The position numbers were made by a program, and so were the translations under genes. Of a DNA stretch of 64,000 bases, positions 60,701-64,000 are shown one piece after another. The notes beneath the pieces are model-generated. The model searched no databases. It worked only from the letters and a program-made list of their open reading frames with translations, and was not told the origin of the DNA. Source of the stretch: Tubulanus polymorphus (Eukaryota; Animalia; Nemertea); the NCBI RefSeq assembly GCF_964204645.1, contig NC_134026.1:18758150-18822149 (forward strand), written 5' to 3'. The first letter of the stretch is position 1, and each line of letters begins with the position of its first letter.

Positions 60701-63240
60701 AATGCAACTCTAACCTAATTGAGCTTAAAATTACCTCAACAATATTCAAGGTTCATTAGGTACAAACGTAAATACTTAAAGAAACTCTATATTTTCATCA
60801 AAGCAACTTACTATTAAGCCCAACGGTCGTCGTAATTTTTGAGAGTTTCATTCCTTTGTTCTTTTTATTGAACTGTGTTTTCGCTTGTTCGAGGTAGGTC
60901 TGAAAACGAGATTCATAAAACCGTTAACTGAGGGGTTTTTGTAGAACGGATTTCGTCCACCCTGTGCCTAACCCTTTTGCACCATGCTCAAGGATCTAGG
61001 TCCTTTGGATGAATTATTTGAGAACGCCATGGAGGTACAATCCTACTTCCAAAATATCGCCTTAGCTATCCTACTAACATTTTACCAAAAACTGCCGACA
61101 TATTTTGGGTTACGAAGATACTGCGAGTAGCACATGGAATTTTGAGAGCTGTCGAAGGAAATTTGTTGGAAATATGTGGGCGAAAGGGTGAAAAAGAACT
61201 ATTTGAAACTTCAGGTAGCACCACTATACATTAGCAGAAAATATATGGTTAAACTTGGGCTCGGAAGTCAGACGGAAAATTAATTTTGTCTGAAGAATGA
61301 ACATATACGGAAGCCTAGCTAGCCACAGATATTTTACATAAGCAACAGCCATGTAGCGGCTAAGATCAAGCAATAAAGCATTCACGAACAGTTATAGATA
61401 GGATTTTATATTGCCTAAGTAAACTGTTTCAAGTGTCAAAGCAATGCACACAATCATAAAAAAAGTCACAAAACTTAAGTTTCAACTATTGAAAGATGAA
61501 GTAAGAATTCACAAATGACAAGTAAAACTTTGGGAAGATATTTTTCATGTAACTGGGCTCCGGAGCCAGTTGCATAGTCAAGGTTTAAATAAACTAGGGG
61601 TCCAAAGGACACCATGCCCACTTGGGAAGTGGTTTCAAATGCTCAACAATCTAACAATTTCAATACATAACGCCCCCTAGTGATCATATACAAAAACCAA
61701 TGACCTTGAAACCCACCACCATCATAGTATATGAAAGCAGAAATTATTTTGTTATTGATTGTGATAACAAAATATGCCTCGTTACCAATTTAATATGGAA
61801 ACACTCAGTTATTCTACTATTCAATGCCCCCTGGTGACCAAATGCAAAACCCAATTTATCTTTGCAATTGATCATGGTAACAAAATATGCCTAGGTACCA
61901 ATCTAATAAGGAAATACTAAGCTATTCTACTATTCAACACCCCCTGGTGACTATATGAAATAACTTATGTCCTTAAAAACTCACCACAATCATAGACGAT
62001 GTCATGAACTACAACTTTGCAAATGATCATGGTAACAAAATATGCCTAGGTACCAATCAAATAAGGAAATACTAAGTTATTCTACTATTCAACGCCCCCT
62101 GGTGACCATATACAATAACTAATGTCCTTAAAACTGACCAAAATCATGGAAGATGTCATGAGCTACAACTTTGCAATAGATTGTGGTAACAAAAATATGC
62201 ATAGGTACAAATATAATATAGAAATACTAAGTAATTGTATAATTCAATGCCCCATAATGGCCACATACAAAAACCAATGACCTTGAAACTCACCAAAATC
62301 ATAGAACACATTATGGGCTACAACTTTCCAATTGAATATAGTAACACAATATGCTTAGGTATCAATTTAATGTGGAAAAACTTTTTCCCACCTATGAATG
62401 AGTACTGATGACACCAAGATGGCCGCCAATTGCGTCATAATTGGCTGATCAAAAATACCTGGCTCAGGTATAAAACATCCCTTTCCAAAGAATACCCATC
62501 ACAAATTGCAATGAGAAATGTCAAGCCAGTAGGAAGCTACAGGACCTAGAATTCTGGCCAAAATTGACATTTTTGGGCACTAAAAAGGTCATATGACGGC
62601 CATCTTGAGTCAGATCGACCCAATTTTTCTTATGCTGATGGGCCCTTGGTAGATTCAAATATAAACTAAAGATCAAGGTAATTGATCAAAGCATCTTCAA
62701 AATTTCCCTCGAAAACTTCGAAAATGTGTAAAAAGTGCTGATTTTGGCGAACAACAATGGCTGCCATCTTGAATCTGACAGGGCCAGTTTTTGGGCTGAA
62801 CATGTGTCTAGGGTAGATACATGTATAAACCAAATATTAAGACATTAGCTTGAAGCGTCTTCAAAACTTCCCAAAATAACTGGATTCCGTCTACAGACGG
62901 ACGGACAGACGAAAAGTGAACGCAATAGCCCGCTGGGACTAAAGTCCCAAGTACGCTAAAAACCAGTCTAAGCCCATCTTGATTCTTTAATTGAACTAAA
63001 AACTTCAGACAAGTCCTTAAACAGCAATTCATAGGGGGAAAAACAAGAAAAAAATTGCTTACGGTGTGAATCATAGTATTAATTGAGGACTCGGTGACAA
63101 ATTGGGATGTCAGACTAAAATCAGCTTACATCCCATAATAAAATTACCGTTTTTCCTGCGTTGTCGAGACCCAGAATCAATACATAATATTCTTCCTTCT
63201 TGAACATGTACTTCCAAAATCCAGACAACAGTGTGTACAT
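57766..63240 (-). CDS. ARFRP1: ADP-ribosylation factor-related protein 1, 201 aa
   Basis: Minus-strand exons 63240-63148, 60899-60812, 59804-59722, 59552-59471, 58899-58829, 58721-58621, 57853-57766. MYTLLSGFWKYMFKKEEY, P-loop GLDNAGKT, ITTTVGLNI, FWDLGGQ, LANKQD, VSAL, C-terminal RRPPAEKEI*. Probable non-coding 5' exon with donor at 63476. Confidence 0.97.
59110..59377. mobile_element. Diverged copy of the 28116-28463 MITE family in ARFRP1 intron 4
   Basis: CAGCCAATCAGA, GCGGCAAACCTGCGCAC and the terminus CGATGCCATCAAGTTTGAGTCCCCGCCGGGTGAGGATGA. Confidence 0.6.
61591..62962 (-). mobile_element. Full-length HINE/DINE-1-like element, copy 2, in the first coding-region intron of ARFRP1
   Basis: Closely similar to the reverse complement of 18336-19594 (AAACTAGGGGTCCAAAGGACACCATGCCCACTTG ... 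GACGGACGGACAGACG ... GCAATAGCCCGCTGGGACTAAAGTCC); five internal units, one shortened to ~113 bp. Confidence 0.85.
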
Positions 63241-64000
63241 CTGAAGAAAATCCAACAGCGACAATATCAAATCAGACATCATTACAGGTACCTACTGGAT
63301 ATGATGTCATAATCATACATGCGTATAGATCCCAGAGACGCACCCTTCCATTATTTTTCCAACCCGACAATTATACAAAAATTTTGGAAAAATATAGTAA
63401 ATACGCATTCAAAAATCAGGGGAAGGAACAGCCCAGCCAAGGAATCTTCACGGTTAAAGTTACCGAAAATACTCACAAAGTCCACATAGGCCTATAATCC
63501 ACAGGCACTTGAATATGGGCTGTGATGGATAAATATTCAATAATTCACCAGCGATATGTTATTCCTACTCTGATCATCTGCTATGTTTCATAATGAATTT
63601 ACCCATGATGCAACGCGCGCCCGTCGATTAACTCTACTATACAGAAAGGCAGGAAATGCTCCCATCTTAGAGTGCTCCCATCCCTTAGATCTACCCGTAA
63701 TATTGGACAGCCGAACACTGCCGACAATCGCAAAAGTTGGTTCTGATGTATCAACCTATATCCTGAAATATGATGAATGGCCATAATTCCAATACTAGAT
63801 GATTTTTAGACTGTCAAAAAATCTATGACACCCTGTATGATAGATACTGTTTAAGTGTCATGTTATGGATTAGGCCTATATCTGGCAACAAACATGATTT
63901 TTACATTCGCCAGAAAGTACGACCACCTAATGGTGTGACATGAGCGCTCAGTCGGAAATAACCAAATGCCTCTACGTCTATGGGATTGCTATAAGCTGTC

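Overview
AT-rich, intron-containing eukaryotic DNA, most likely from a bilaterian invertebrate; the species cannot be determined from the sequence. Most short ORFs in the supplied track are spurious. Six protein-coding genes are present, five of them rebuilt by hand from GT-AG exons with consistent phases: DUSP11/PIR1 RNA 5'-phosphatase (+, 11 coding exons, 7185-16912), an intronless FMRFamide/peptide-receptor-like class A GPCR (-, 19727-20758), CHMP3/VPS24 (-, 6 exons), two tandem cystinosin paralogs (+, 9 coding exons each) and ARFRP1 (-, 7 exons). Introns and intergenic DNA are dense with non-autonomous elements: Helentron/DINE-1-like (HINE) elements, MITEs with TA, TTAA, TWA and 5-bp target duplications, and LINE and Penelope fragments. 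Best leads: (1) a HINE family whose ~154-bp internal repeats each carry a CTCF-like motif (the best is 17/19 to consensus), with two full copies in convergent orientation ~42 kb apart; (2) a second cystinosin that keeps the transport residues but has a remodelled substrate pocket; (3) Penelope-type minimal (dimeric) hammerhead ribozyme motifs; (4) a stop codon built into a DUSP11 splice donor exactly at the boundary between the phosphatase domain and the low-complexity tail. All homology calls rest on recalled family motifs, not database searches.
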